The notes below the pieces were generated by a model. It was not told the origin of the DNA. It saw only the letters and a program-made list of their open reading frames with translations, and did no database searches. This document shows, in pieces, positions 9,609 through 19,569 of a stretch of DNA of 64,000 nt; position 1 is the first letter of the stretch; each line of letters opens with the position of its first letter. The stretch is from Deferribacterales bacterium (lineage in GTDB: Bacteria; Chrysiogenota; Deferribacteres; Deferribacterales; Geovibrionaceae), in NCBI GenBank assembly GCA_050251945.1, contig JBFWLW010000006.1, positions 1-64,000 on the forward strand, written 5' to 3'. The position numbers and the translations under genes were made by a program.

Positions 9609-10070
9609 TCAGTTTTCAATATTTACGATGTCGTCATAGATATACTGGATATCCTTCTTATGGCATGCGACATCGTAGGCGAGGCGCATAAAAGCTTCCC
9701 CTGCCTCCGAGCTTTTGAACTTTTCAGCCATTGACTCGTAATACTTCATACTGGCGTCTTCATGGCGGATGGCGATGAGCAGAAGTTCCTGAACGTTCAA
9801 ACTGTCGGTGACAACCTCTGAATGTCCGGTCTTTCCGATGCCCAGATCTCTAAGCTTGCAGCTTGAGTCATGCCCGAGATTATCAAGACAGTCACACGTT
9901 ATCGCTTCCTCTATGACGCTTTTAAACTTCTTCTTCGTTTCGATAAGCTCTTTGATTATCTCTTTGGAACTGAGTTCCGCAACGATATCCAGAAGTTTTT
10001 CATAAAAGTCCAGCGTATGCTGCTCTTTCCTTGCCGCCTCGTTCAGTGCCTCAACAACCGTAGCTTCCAT
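9609..10070 (-). CDS. Ferritin/rubrerythrin-like four-helix protein
   Basis: Two repeats of A...E......FY/YY helix pairs; 9 bp downstream of nuoN. Confidence 0.75.
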   Translation of the reverse strand: MEATVVEALNEAARKEQHTLDFYEKLLDIVAELSSKEIIKELIETKKKFKSVIEEAITCDCLDNLGHDSSCKLRDLGIGKTGHSEVVTDSLNVQELLLIAIRHEDASMKYYESMAEKFKSSEAGEAFMRLAYDVACHKKDIQYIYDDIVNIEN

Positions 10071-10079
10071 CTTTTCTCC

Positions 10080-11519
10080 TTACACCAGCAGGTGTTTAAC
10101 GAAGTTGATGAACACTGCGGGGAAGAATCCCACGAACAGCACCATTACAACCCCGATGAAGCTGGTGATGAATGCGGAACGACCGACAGTAGCGTCAACA
10201 TCATACTCCGGCTCGTTGAAGTACATGTAGATTGTTACTCTCATGTAGTAGTAGCAAGCGAGAGCCGAGTTAAGTGCACCGATAACCGCCAGCCAGATCA
10301 TGTCCGCTTTCATGGCAGCCATGAATATCTGAAACTTGCCTATGAATCCTGCCAGAGGCGGGATACCTGCCAGAGAGAACATGAATATCAGCATGCCGAG
10401 GGCATACAGAGGGTTCTTTTTGGCAAGACCTGAAAAGCTTTCCAGACGCTCGTCCTCGACCATGCCTTTGTTTTTCAGAATACCGAGCAGAGTAAATGCT
10501 CCGATGTTCATGAAAACATAGATAAGCGAGTAAAGGGCGATTGCTCTGTAGCCTTCGGGGTTCATGGCAACCAGACCGATCATCATGTAACCTGCGTGTG
10601 AGATAGCCGAATAAGCCAGCATTCTCTTGACGTTTGTCTGTGCAAGCGCCACAAGGTTACCGTATGTCATTGTTAAAACCGCAAGGATTGAGAACAGAGG
10701 TACCCAAAGTCCTGATGCGGGTTCAAGTGCGATGTAAACAAATCTGATAAGAGCGGCAAACGCTGCTGCCTTAGGAGCCACGGTCATAAAGCCCGCAGCG
10801 GGTGTGGGTGCGCCCTGATAAACGTCAGGAGCCCACATGTGGAAAGGCACGGCAGATATTTTGAACGCAAAACCTGTAAGCATAAGGATAAGCCCTATCT
10901 TAACTGTCATGTTGTCAGCGATCATACCGCTTTTCAGCACCTCGGCTATCTGAATATAGTTCAGAGTGCCTGTTGCGCCGTAAACGTACGTCATACCGAA
11001 CAGGAGCATAGCGGAAGAGAAGGCACCGATTATGAAGTATTTAACTCCGGCTTCGGATGAACGCATCTCATTCTTGTTGAATCCTGCAAGGACGTACATT
11101 GCGATTGCCATAGTCTCAAGACCGACATAGAAGACTGTGAGGTCAAACGCAGACACCATGAACATCATACCGAGTATGCTGAAGAACATAAGTGTGTAGA
11201 ATTCGCCTTTCAGTATCCCTTTGTCTTTAAGGTATTCAACAGAACCCAGCGTGGTCAGTGTGTACGCCAGAGCGAAGATCACAAAGAACACATATGAGAA
11301 GTTGTCCCACATGAGCATGTTGTTGAAACCAAGGTACTTTCCGCCAAGCTGAGGGTTGGTCAGCAGAGCGACTATAAGCAGGAAGGCTATTCCGAAATAG
11401 CCGACCATGGACTTCTTCTCTTTTGAGGTCATGACATCAAGCACAACCAGTATCAGACCGAAGATGGTCATCAGCACTTCGGGAAAAATTGACTGCAGGT
11501 TTATCATAAAGTTCTGCAT
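10080..11519 (-). CDS. nuoN: NADH-quinone oxidoreductase subunit N
   Basis: EAGVKYF, FKISAVPFHMWAPDVY and KRMLAYS motifs. Confidence 0.96.
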   Translation of the reverse strand: MQNFMINLQSIFPEVLMTIFGLILVVLDVMTSKEKKSMVGYFGIAFLLIVALLTNPQLGGKYLGFNNMLMWDNFSYVFFVIFALAYTLTTLGSVEYLKDKGILKGEFYTLMFFSILGMMFMVSAFDLTVFYVGLETMAIAMYVLAGFNKNEMRSSEAGVKYFIIGAFSSAMLLFGMTYVYGATGTLNYIQIAEVLKSGMIADNMTVKIGLILMLTGFAFKISAVPFHMWAPDVYQGAPTPAAGFMTVAPKAAAFAALIRFVYIALEPASGLWVPLFSILAVLTMTYGNLVALAQTNVKRMLAYSAISHAGYMMIGLVAMNPEGYRAIALYSLIYVFMNIGAFTLLGILKNKGMVEDERLESFSGLAKKNPLYALGMLIFMFSLAGIPPLAGFIGKFQIFMAAMKADMIWLAVIGALNSALACYYYMRVTIYMYFNEPEYDVDATVGRSAFITSFIGVVMVLFVGFFPAVFINFVKHLLV

Positions 11520-11530
11520 TTAATGCCCCC

Positions 11531-13027
11531 CTACTGCATTGCCACTGCGGCAGTGTTCATATGCTCAACAAGCTTGATAACGCTTGCATGCATGTAAGAC
11601 TGGAAAGTCTCAGGGTACATTCCGACCCAGAACACTATTATAAGCAGCGGGAATATGTAGATTACTTCTCTGAGGTTCATATCGGCAAGATTTTCCCATC
11701 TTTTGTTCAGGCTCTGATACAGAACTCTCTGGAACATCCAAAGCATATACACGGCAGAGAAAATCACACCGATAGCAGCAAGGATTGCCCAGTCGGAGAA
11801 TGCGGCGAACGCACCCACCAGAACAAGGAATTCACCGATGAAGGCTCCCATTGAGGGAAGACCTATGGATGCCATTGTGAACACAAGGAAGATAGTAGCG
11901 TATACCGGCACGCTTGCAGCGATACCGCCGTAGTCCGCTATCTCTCTCGTATGTGTCCTTTCATATATCAGACCTATCAGAAGGAACAACGCGCCGGTAA
12001 TGATACCGTGGTTGAACATCTGGAGGATACCGCCTTCGATACCTGCCTGATTAAGGGCATAGATACCAAGGGTTACAAAACCCATGTGAGAAACCGAAGA
12101 GTAAGCAACCAGTTTCTTGATGTCTTTCTGAACCATCGCAACCAGTGCGCCGTAGATGATGGCTATCACGGACAGTGCCGCAACGAAAGGCATCAGCTTG
12201 ATGGCTGCATATGGTGTCATGGGAAGACAGAAACGGAGCATACCGTATGTACCCATTTTCAGCAGTACGCCCGCCAGAATGACCGAACCCGCTGTGGGCG
12301 CCTCAACGTGCGCATCGGGAAGCCATGTGTGGAGAGGGAACATAGGAACCTTGATGGCAAATCCGAGGAAAAATACCGCGAACACAACCATCTGGAATCC
12401 CTGAGTGTACATACCGTACTGTTCAGTTATCTTGAGCACGTCAAATGTGTAGTTGCCTGTAATCTGACCGTGTGTGTAGTACAGCGCGATGATTGCAAGC
12501 ATCATCAGAACCGAACCTGCGAGGGTGTATATGAAGAACTTCACCGCAGCGTAAACCCTGCGTTTTCCTCCCCATACGCCGATGATCAGATACATGGGTA
12601 TCAGCATAGCTTCCCAGAAGATGTAGAACAGGAAGAAGTCGAGCGCAAGGAATGTACCTATCATACCTGTTTCAAGAACAAGCATTGCGATGTAGAACTC
12701 TTTCTGTCTCTTCTGGATGTATGTGAATGAACCCAGAATGGCTATCATTGTAAGCAGAGTTGTCAGGAAAACCATGAGGATTGAGATACCGTCAACGCCC
12801 AGAAAATACTGAACGCCGATGGATTTTATCCACCATGCTTTTTCAACGAACTGCATGCCCCCTTCGCTCTTGTCGAAGTTTGCCATAAGCGGAATTGAGA
12901 TGATAAACTCGATAACGCTGGCTATGAAAGCTGCCCACATGGAGCTTTTGCCCTTCCTGAAAAAAATCAGGATGAACAGTGCAGCCGCAAGCGGGAAGAA
13001 AATCAGTAAGCTTAGTATATGTTGCAT
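11531..13027 (-). CDS. nuoM: NADH-quinone oxidoreductase subunit M
   Basis: FYIFWE and KVPMFPLHTWLPDAHVEAP motifs. Confidence 0.96.
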   Translation of the reverse strand: MQHILSLLIFFPLAAALFILIFFRKGKSSMWAAFIASVIEFIISIPLMANFDKSEGGMQFVEKAWWIKSIGVQYFLGVDGISILMVFLTTLLTMIAILGSFTYIQKRQKEFYIAMLVLETGMIGTFLALDFFLFYIFWEAMLIPMYLIIGVWGGKRRVYAAVKFFIYTLAGSVLMMLAIIALYYTHGQITGNYTFDVLKITEQYGMYTQGFQMVVFAVFFLGFAIKVPMFPLHTWLPDAHVEAPTAGSVILAGVLLKMGTYGMLRFCLPMTPYAAIKLMPFVAALSVIAIIYGALVAMVQKDIKKLVAYSSVSHMGFVTLGIYALNQAGIEGGILQMFNHGIITGALFLLIGLIYERTHTREIADYGGIAASVPVYATIFLVFTMASIGLPSMGAFIGEFLVLVGAFAAFSDWAILAAIGVIFSAVYMLWMFQRVLYQSLNKRWENLADMNLREVIYIFPLLIIVFWVGMYPETFQSYMHASVIKLVEHMNTAAVAMQ

Positions 13028-13043
13028 GATATTTCCGTCCCCC

Positions 13044-14966
13044 TTACACAGTGTAGAACAGTGCAACCAGTGCTATCACACCGACAACCATTGTGAAGAT
13101 GTAAGTCTGGATACGCCCTGTCTGCACATATCTTATTACTCCGCCGAGCCACATCGGAACACGTCCGAATGAGTTTACGATGAAGTCTATGACGTTTACG
13201 TCTATCGCTCTCCACAGAACAACGTTGGAAAGCATTACTATGGGATGAACGAACAGGAAGTCGTAAAGCTCGTCAAAGTACCACTTGTTAAGCAGGAACT
13301 TGTGAACGGGCTTGAAAGTCTTCACTGTTTTCTCCGGAAGTACCGGATAGAACTTCACATAGAACAGGTATGCAACCGTGATACCGGCAACCGCAACCAC
13401 GACTGAAAGTATCATAAGCGCCTGAGCAACGGCGTGGCTCATGTGGTGCTCGTGAGCATGCGCAGGAGTCAGAACCGGACCGAGGAACTTGTGGATGTAA
13501 CCTGCTTCCAGAGGATAACCGAAAACCATACCCACAAGCACTGAAAGGATGGCAAGAAACACAAGGGGACCTGCCATTGTCCAAGGAGACTCGTGTGCGT
13601 GGTCGTGAAGGTGATGGTCTCTGGGTTCGCCTTCAAACACAAGGAAGTAGCTTCTGAACATATAGAATGCAGTCATAGCCGCAACTACTGTACCGACTCC
13701 CCATGCAAGCGTGTGACCGCCGGCAAATGTGAAAGCGAGGATCTCATCTTTTGACCAGAAGCCTGCCAGCGGGGGGATACCTGCGATTGCGATACAACCG
13801 ATCAGGTATGTCCATCGTGTGACGGGCATTTTCTTTTTAAGACCGCCCATTACCCTTACGTCCAGATTGTTATGCATTGCGTGCATTACGGAACCGGAGC
13901 AAAGGAAGAGCAGACCTTTGAACATTGCGTGTGTGAAAAGGTGGAATATCGCTGAAACATATGCGCCCACACCGGTTGCCATAATCATGTAACCGAGCTG
14001 TGACACAGTTGAGTAAGCGAGTATTCTTTTAAGGTCATACTGTGTAAGACCGATAGATGCGCCGAGGAACGCTGTCATTGCACCGGTAAATATGATGAAG
14101 CTGCTTGTCATGTGCGCTTCTGCAAAGAGTGCGTTACAGCGTGCAACCATGTAAACCCCAGCGGTAACCATTGTTGCCGCGTGGATCAGTGCTGAAACAG
14201 GGGTGGGACCTTCCATCGCATCGGGCAGCCATGTGTGCAGCGGGAACTGGGCAGATTTACCCATAGCGCCGCAGAACAGTCCGAAGGTCATAAGGTCGAT
14301 AAGTGAGAACTCCATACCGAACACGGTATAGGTCACTTCTTTAATATGGTGAATAGCCTCTGCGTTGAAAGCATCGGAGTAGTTAAGGCTTCTGAAAGTG
14401 AAGATCACAAGCAGAAGACCGATGTAGAAACCGAAGTCACCGATTCTGTTCATTACGAAGGCTTTCTTACAAGCGTCGGCAGCGCTCTTTTTGAAGAACC
14501 AGAAACCGATCAGCAGGTATGATGACAGACCCACAAGTTCCCAGCCCACAAAGAGCATCATGAAGTTGTTTCCAAGCACAAGCACAAGCATTGAAAGGGT
14601 GAATACTGAAAGATATGTGAAAAATCTCCAGTAACCTTTGTCCCCGTGCATGTATCCCATTGAGTAGATGTGAACCATCAGGGATATAGTTGTAACAACT
14701 ATAAGCATTATGGACGACAGCGGGTCAACAAGTATTCCGAAGGGAACTTCGAGCTTGCCCGCAATTATCCAGGTGTAGAGTGTTCCGTCTACGGTAAAAC
14801 CTTGTGTGGATACAAGGTAGAACAGTATAAGAGCGCAGACGAAGGAGACACCAACACCTGTTATGGCTACCGCCGGTGCCGCAGTCTTGATATAACGTCT
14901 TCCGAAAAGCCCGTTAATCAGAAAGGCAACCAGGGGTCCAAGTAGTGTTAATACTGCAAAGATCAT
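13044..14966 (-). CDS. nuoL: NADH-quinone oxidoreductase subunit L
   Basis: GKSAQFPLHTWLPDAMEGPTPVSALIHAATMV. Confidence 0.97.
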   Translation of the reverse strand: MIFAVLTLLGPLVAFLINGLFGRRYIKTAAPAVAITGVGVSFVCALILFYLVSTQGFTVDGTLYTWIIAGKLEVPFGILVDPLSSIMLIVVTTISLMVHIYSMGYMHGDKGYWRFFTYLSVFTLSMLVLVLGNNFMMLFVGWELVGLSSYLLIGFWFFKKSAADACKKAFVMNRIGDFGFYIGLLLVIFTFRSLNYSDAFNAEAIHHIKEVTYTVFGMEFSLIDLMTFGLFCGAMGKSAQFPLHTWLPDAMEGPTPVSALIHAATMVTAGVYMVARCNALFAEAHMTSSFIIFTGAMTAFLGASIGLTQYDLKRILAYSTVSQLGYMIMATGVGAYVSAIFHLFTHAMFKGLLFLCSGSVMHAMHNNLDVRVMGGLKKKMPVTRWTYLIGCIAIAGIPPLAGFWSKDEILAFTFAGGHTLAWGVGTVVAAMTAFYMFRSYFLVFEGEPRDHHLHDHAHESPWTMAGPLVFLAILSVLVGMVFGYPLEAGYIHKFLGPVLTPAHAHEHHMSHAVAQALMILSVVVAVAGITVAYLFYVKFYPVLPEKTVKTFKPVHKFLLNKWYFDELYDFLFVHPIVMLSNVVLWRAIDVNVIDFIVNSFGRVPMWLGGVIRYVQTGRIQTYIFTMVVGVIALVALFYTV

Positions 14967-14975
14967 AACCTACCT

Positions 14976-15278
14976 CTATCCTCTCATAGTATTGATTTCA
15001 TCAGCGTTGATGGTCTGCTTGTTTCTGAACAGTGAAATGAACAGAGCCAGACCAACAGCGGCTTCCGCAGCGGCAACAGCCATGACGAAGACGATAAAAA
15101 TCTGTCCTGTCATCTGCTGAAGATAGCTTGAAAAGGCTGCGAGGTTGATGTTAACCGCGTTAAGCATAAGCTCCAGCGACATAAACATAACGATGAGGTT
15201 TCTGCGGATCAGAACACCTGCAACGCCGATGCTGAAGATTATTGCGCTAAGGACAAGATAATGTGCCAAAGTCAGCAT
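14976..15278 (-). CDS. nuoK: NADH-quinone oxidoreductase subunit K
   Basis: SLELMLN and [10 protein letters not shown] motifs. Confidence 0.96.
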   Translation of the reverse strand: MLTLAHYLVLSAIIFSIGVAGVLIRRNLIVMFMSLELMLNAVNINLAAFSSYLQQMTGQIFIVFVMAVAAAEAAVGLALFISLFRNKQTINADEINTMRG

Positions 15279-15289
15279 CCTTAACCCCC

Positions 15290-15802
15290 TTAATCCTTTT
15301 TCGCTATTACTATCGCGCCGATCATAGCAACCAGCAGAAGCACGGATGCCACCTCGAAAGGTACGATATATTGTGTGAACATTACCGCTCCGAAGGCTTT
15401 CACGTTTGAGAGACCTTCAGGAAGGTTCATTCCTGTCATCTGAGCCGATTTGATAACGCCTGTTCCCATGAGAGTCATGACTATCTGAAGGAAAAGCACC
15501 AGCGCAACAACAGCGCCGAGTATAACCTTCGCAGGCAGCTTGATGAACCCTGTCGATTTAGGGTTAAGCAGCATCACGACAAACATATAAAGAACCAGAA
15601 TCGCTCCCGCGTATACCATAACCTGAATGGCGGCGATGTATTCAGCATCAAGCTGGATAAATATGCCAGCCACGGCAAAGAAGGTCAGAAGCATCCAAAG
15701 TGCGGAGTGGACAGGGTTCTCTCTGGTCACCATGAAAAGTGAGGCGACCACGGCAGTGATGCCCAGCACCCAAAATCCTACATTCATGAAGATTTCGTTC
15801 AT
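15290..15802 (-). CDS. nuoJ: NADH-quinone oxidoreductase subunit J
   Basis: [16 protein letters not shown] and PFEVAS motifs. Confidence 0.96.
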   Translation of the reverse strand: MNEIFMNVGFWVLGITAVVASLFMVTRENPVHSALWMLLTFFAVAGIFIQLDAEYIAAIQVMVYAGAILVLYMFVVMLLNPKSTGFIKLPAKVILGAVVALVLFLQIVMTLMGTGVIKSAQMTGMNLPEGLSNVKAFGAVMFTQYIVPFEVASVLLLVAMIGAIVIAKKD

Positions 15803-16293
15803 TGCTGCACTCCTTCCACAAGTTTCTTTTGAAGATGCTTGTTTTTCCAGTTGCCTTCCAAGTTATCTTTGTAGTTCATGGAGAGAGTTTTCATGTTGAT
15901 AACATAGCCGCTTCTGTCGGAAGCAACTGTGTTCCACTCCCAGCCCATGTGGATGGCGTCAACAGGGCAGACCTCTTCGCAGTATCCGCAGTAGATACAT
16001 CTGGAAAGATCAAGCTCATACTTTCTTATAAGCCTTTCGCCGTTGGGACCGCAGTCTGTTTCGATGTGTATGCACTCGGAAGGGCATACCTTCTGGCACA
16101 GGTAGCAGCCAACGCATTTTGTGCGTCCGTCGGCGTGGGTCTTAATGTACTGTATGCCTCTGAAACGATCCTGAATGGGGGTCGCTTCAAAAGGATATCT
16201 GTATGTCACGGGTTTTTTGAACATATGGCTCAGAGTGATTCCGAGACCCTGCAAAATCTCCGTGAAAAAGATTGTTTCAAATACGTTCTTCAT
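15799..16293 (-). CDS. nuoI: NADH-quinone oxidoreductase subunit I
   Basis: Two CxxCxxCxxxCP ferredoxin motifs; RFRG. Confidence 0.96.
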   Translation of the reverse strand: MKNVFETIFFTEILQGLGITLSHMFKKPVTYRYPFEATPIQDRFRGIQYIKTHADGRTKCVGCYLCQKVCPSECIHIETDCGPNGERLIRKYELDLSRCIYCGYCEEVCPVDAIHMGWEWNTVASDRSGYVINMKTLSMNYKDNLEGNWKNKHLQKKLVEGVQQ

Positions 16294-16302
16294 TATCCAC
16301 CC

Positions 16303-17262
16303 CTAGTTCCTGATCGCATAGACAACGATGCTGGTTATCAGCAGATTGGCGAGTGCGATCGGGATGAGTACTTTCCAGCCGAGATTCATGAGCTGGTCAA
16401 ATCTTAATCTGGGCAGAGTTGCTCTGAGCCACAGGAAGAAGAACATGAATGCCAGCATCTTGATCAGGAACCATACCAGCGGGGGAAGAAACGGACCGGT
16501 GTAGCCTCCGAGGAACAGAATTGCACACATGCAGGATACAACGTACATGTTTGCATATTCGCCAAGGAAGAACATTGCGAATCTCATACCTGAGTATTCA
16601 ACGTGGAAACCGGCAACCAGTTCTGTTTCCGCCTCCGGAAGGTCAAAGGGCGCTCTGTTGGTTTCAGCCACCGCAGAAATAGAGTAGATGACAAAAGCCA
16701 CGAACTGCGGAATGAAAAACCAAAGTCCTCTTTGCGCCTCTGTGATCTCTTTCAGGTTCAACGAACCTGCCAGAAGAACAGGACCGAGTATTGACAGACC
16801 CATCGCTGTTTCATAGCTGATTATCTGCGCGGATGAACGCAGAGAACCGAGGGTTGCATACTTGGAGTTGGATGCCCAGCCGGACATAATGATACCGTAT
16901 ACGCCGACTGATGACAGTGCCAGAACATAAAGCACTCCCACGTTAATGTCTGCTACGACAATGTTGGGCGCAAAAGGTATAACCGCAAAGGCTGCGATAC
17001 CGGGAACCATGCCGAGAAAAGGAGCAACATAAAAGACTGGTTTGTCAACCATATCCGGAGTCATATCCTCTTTCGCCATAAGTTTCAGACCGTCAGCCAG
17101 GGGTTGCAGAAGTCCCATGGGACCTGTGTGCACGGGACCAAGCCTCACCTGCATGTGACCGATAACCTTACGTTCGGCATAGGTCATGTAGGCAACGCCG
17201 GTAAGCACGCATACAACGATAATCAGTATCTTGATTAGTGTAAAAACAATCGCGAGTACCAT
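16303..17262 (-). CDS. nuoH: NADH-quinone oxidoreductase subunit H
   Basis: ERKVIG, GLLQPLADGLKL and AETNRAPFDLPEAE motifs. Confidence 0.97.
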   Translation of the reverse strand: MVLAIVFTLIKILIIVVCVLTGVAYMTYAERKVIGHMQVRLGPVHTGPMGLLQPLADGLKLMAKEDMTPDMVDKPVFYVAPFLGMVPGIAAFAVIPFAPNIVVADINVGVLYVLALSSVGVYGIIMSGWASNSKYATLGSLRSSAQIISYETAMGLSILGPVLLAGSLNLKEITEAQRGLWFFIPQFVAFVIYSISAVAETNRAPFDLPEAETELVAGFHVEYSGMRFAMFFLGEYANMYVVSCMCAILFLGGYTGPFLPPLVWFLIKMLAFMFFFLWLRATLPRLRFDQLMNLGWKVLIPIALANLLITSIVVYAIRN

Positions 17263-17288
17263 TCCCTACCTCTTATCTATAACTTTCA

Positions 17289-19550
17289 TTACTTTACAAT
17301 ATCAGCCCTGAGGCTCTTTCCGTTACAGAAGATGCCGGCTGTTGCAACAAAGTCCTCCGGCAGAGCTATGCAGCCTTTGGATACTTTCTTTTCTATTTCA
17401 ACAGGAAACTCACCTTCAAAGCCTTCGCCTTTGATCTTGACCCTGTCTTTGGCGAAGATGCCGAGTTCTTTCGCGTCTTCGACGCTGAGTTCAAGCATCG
17501 GCTCGCCGTATACCTTGGCAAGATCGGGTGACCATCTTGTGAAAGAGCCTGAGTGGAGTCTGAGGCTGGCGGGATAAAGGAAAAATCTGCCTTTACCTTT
17601 CGCCCTGCCGTCTGTTGCAGCGACTTCACCCGCAAAGACATAAGGGTAGGAAACCACGCCGCCGTCCCAGTTTATGCCTGAGTAAAGCGGAACTTCCTTC
17701 TCTATCATGCCTCTTACGGCACTCACATCGGCGGGAAGCTGTGTTCCCAGTCCTTTCGCTATTGCGGAAACGACACAGGCATCAGTGTTAACGCCTTTAT
17801 CAACCGCTTTTTCTATGGACTGGACGCGTCCCTCAAGGTTAGTGAATGAACCGCTCTTCTCTGCGAAGGTGCTTACGGGAATGTAAACATTCGCCATAGC
17901 CGCCGTTTCGCTCATAAAAGGGTCTGTCACCAGCAGAAGCTCAAGCCCTGCCGCCTTGGAAGCCGATTTTGTCCAAACGGATCTCGCAGACAGGTTTTCA
18001 CCCAGAACCACTACAGCCTTGAATTTGCCTGACTCAAGTCCCTGTGCAAATTCTGTGGGGCATTTGGCTCCGAATCCCATGTCAACGATACCCACTGAGT
18101 TGTTTTTAGCTTTCGCGGGAACAACTTTAACTTTCGCACAGGCTTTTTTGATATCCTGAGCGAGTTTAACGTCCGCTTTGTTATAGGGATCAAATATAAC
18201 CACGGGTCTTTCGGCGTTTGTAAGTTTTGCCGCCCAGTCGGAATATTCGTTGGAAGCGCCCGCAACCGCAGCCGCGTAGCTTTCCATTGCTGCTCTCACC
18301 TCATCGGGTGTGCCTGTGACGAATTTCTTCGACACTCTTCTGAGAGCCGTATATCCGGGGTAGAACACTGCAAGGGGAGCTGTGCCTGTTCTTGCGGCGT
18401 GTCTCACTGCCAGACCGAGTATGGGGTTTGATTCTGTTACATCAATGTTAAGAACTGTGACACAGTCGCTGTTCTCAACTTCTTCCAGTGTCGCTTCGGG
18501 GTTGACTTCGTTTGTCTCGGTTGAGAACAGGTTTGAAGTTCCCAGAACGTCTTTCGCAAGTTTGCCTGCAAGGAAAGCCTCTTCGTTGGTCAGTCTGGGG
18601 GAGACAACAACAGCTATGGCGTCCGCGCCGGCTGTTTCTTTGACCTTTTTGAGTTTTTCCACTGCAACATCAACCGCTTCGTTGAATGATACCTTTTTGG
18701 ATTCTCCGCCCGCTTTAACAACTGCCTCAGACTGACGTTTGATGCTGTTGATAAACTCGAAACCGAAGCGTCCTTTTGCGCACATGTATCCGTGGTTGAT
18801 GCCCTCTTCGGGGCTTTCTTTCATACGGAATACCTCGTTGCCTTCATAATCTATGTCCACGGTACATCCGCAGGAGCAGAGTCCGCATACGGATTTGACA
18901 CGGTCGAGGTTCCAAGGTCTGTTCTTGAACAGATAAATCCTGTTGTTCAGTGAACCCACGGGACATACGCTGATGCATTGTCCGCAGTATTCGCAGTTCC
19001 AGGGCTGTTCAAAAGAAGTTCCTATTATTGTATCAGTGCCTCTGTTAAGGAAGCTTATCGCCTGAATGTTCACCACTTCGTCGCAGACACGAACGCAGCG
19101 TCCGCAGAGAACGCATCTGTCGATATCCCTTTCGATGAAAGGGTTTGTATGGTCAACGGGGGTGTCGTTGGGTTTCGCATCAAAACGAACTTTTGTGACG
19201 CCCACTTCATATGTAAGGTCCTGCAGAGTACACTCGCCGCCCTTATCGCAAACGGGGCAGTCCAGAGGGTGATTTATAAGAAGCAGCTCGATGGCTGTCT
19301 TGCGCACTCTGGAGAGCTTTTCCGAACGGGTGACGATCTCCATCTTGTCAGTTACGGGTGTTGTACAGGCTGCCTGGAGTTTGGGGTTTCCCACCTGCTC
19401 CACAAGACAAACCCTGCATGCACCGAAAGGATTAAGACGGGAGTCATGGCAAAGTGTCGGGATGGAGACACCCGCCTCCTTAGCGGCGTCGAGGATTAGC
19501 GTGTTTGGAGCTACCTGTACCTCTTTTCCGTCAATTTTTACAGTAACCAT
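17289..19550 (-). CDS. nuoG: NADH-quinone oxidoreductase subunit G (HydA/BfuA-like Fe-S N-terminus)
   Basis: 2Fe-2S Cys set, HPLDCPVCDKGGEC, 2x[4Fe-4S] motifs, CGLCSCGC, molybdopterin-oxidoreductase fold. Confidence 0.93.
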   Translation of the reverse strand: MVTVKIDGKEVQVAPNTLILDAAKEAGVSIPTLCHDSRLNPFGACRVCLVEQVGNPKLQAACTTPVTDKMEIVTRSEKLSRVRKTAIELLLINHPLDCPVCDKGGECTLQDLTYEVGVTKVRFDAKPNDTPVDHTNPFIERDIDRCVLCGRCVRVCDEVVNIQAISFLNRGTDTIIGTSFEQPWNCEYCGQCISVCPVGSLNNRIYLFKNRPWNLDRVKSVCGLCSCGCTVDIDYEGNEVFRMKESPEEGINHGYMCAKGRFGFEFINSIKRQSEAVVKAGGESKKVSFNEAVDVAVEKLKKVKETAGADAIAVVVSPRLTNEEAFLAGKLAKDVLGTSNLFSTETNEVNPEATLEEVENSDCVTVLNIDVTESNPILGLAVRHAARTGTAPLAVFYPGYTALRRVSKKFVTGTPDEVRAAMESYAAAVAGASNEYSDWAAKLTNAERPVVIFDPYNKADVKLAQDIKKACAKVKVVPAKAKNNSVGIVDMGFGAKCPTEFAQGLESGKFKAVVVLGENLSARSVWTKSASKAAGLELLLVTDPFMSETAAMANVYIPVSTFAEKSGSFTNLEGRVQSIEKAVDKGVNTDACVVSAIAKGLGTQLPADVSAVRGMIEKEVPLYSGINWDGGVVSYPYVFAGEVAATDGRAKGKGRFFLYPASLRLHSGSFTRWSPDLAKVYGEPMLELSVEDAKELGIFAKDRVKIKGEGFEGEFPVEIEKKVSKGCIALPEDFVATAGIFCNGKSLRADIVK

Positions 19551-19569
19551 ACTGAGTCTCTCCTCTGCC

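Noticed and set aside
11951..12730. Long antisense ORFs (also 46996-47823, 51487-52497, 59174-60355 and others)
   Set aside because: Shadows of well-conserved genes on the opposite strand, with no recognisable motifs
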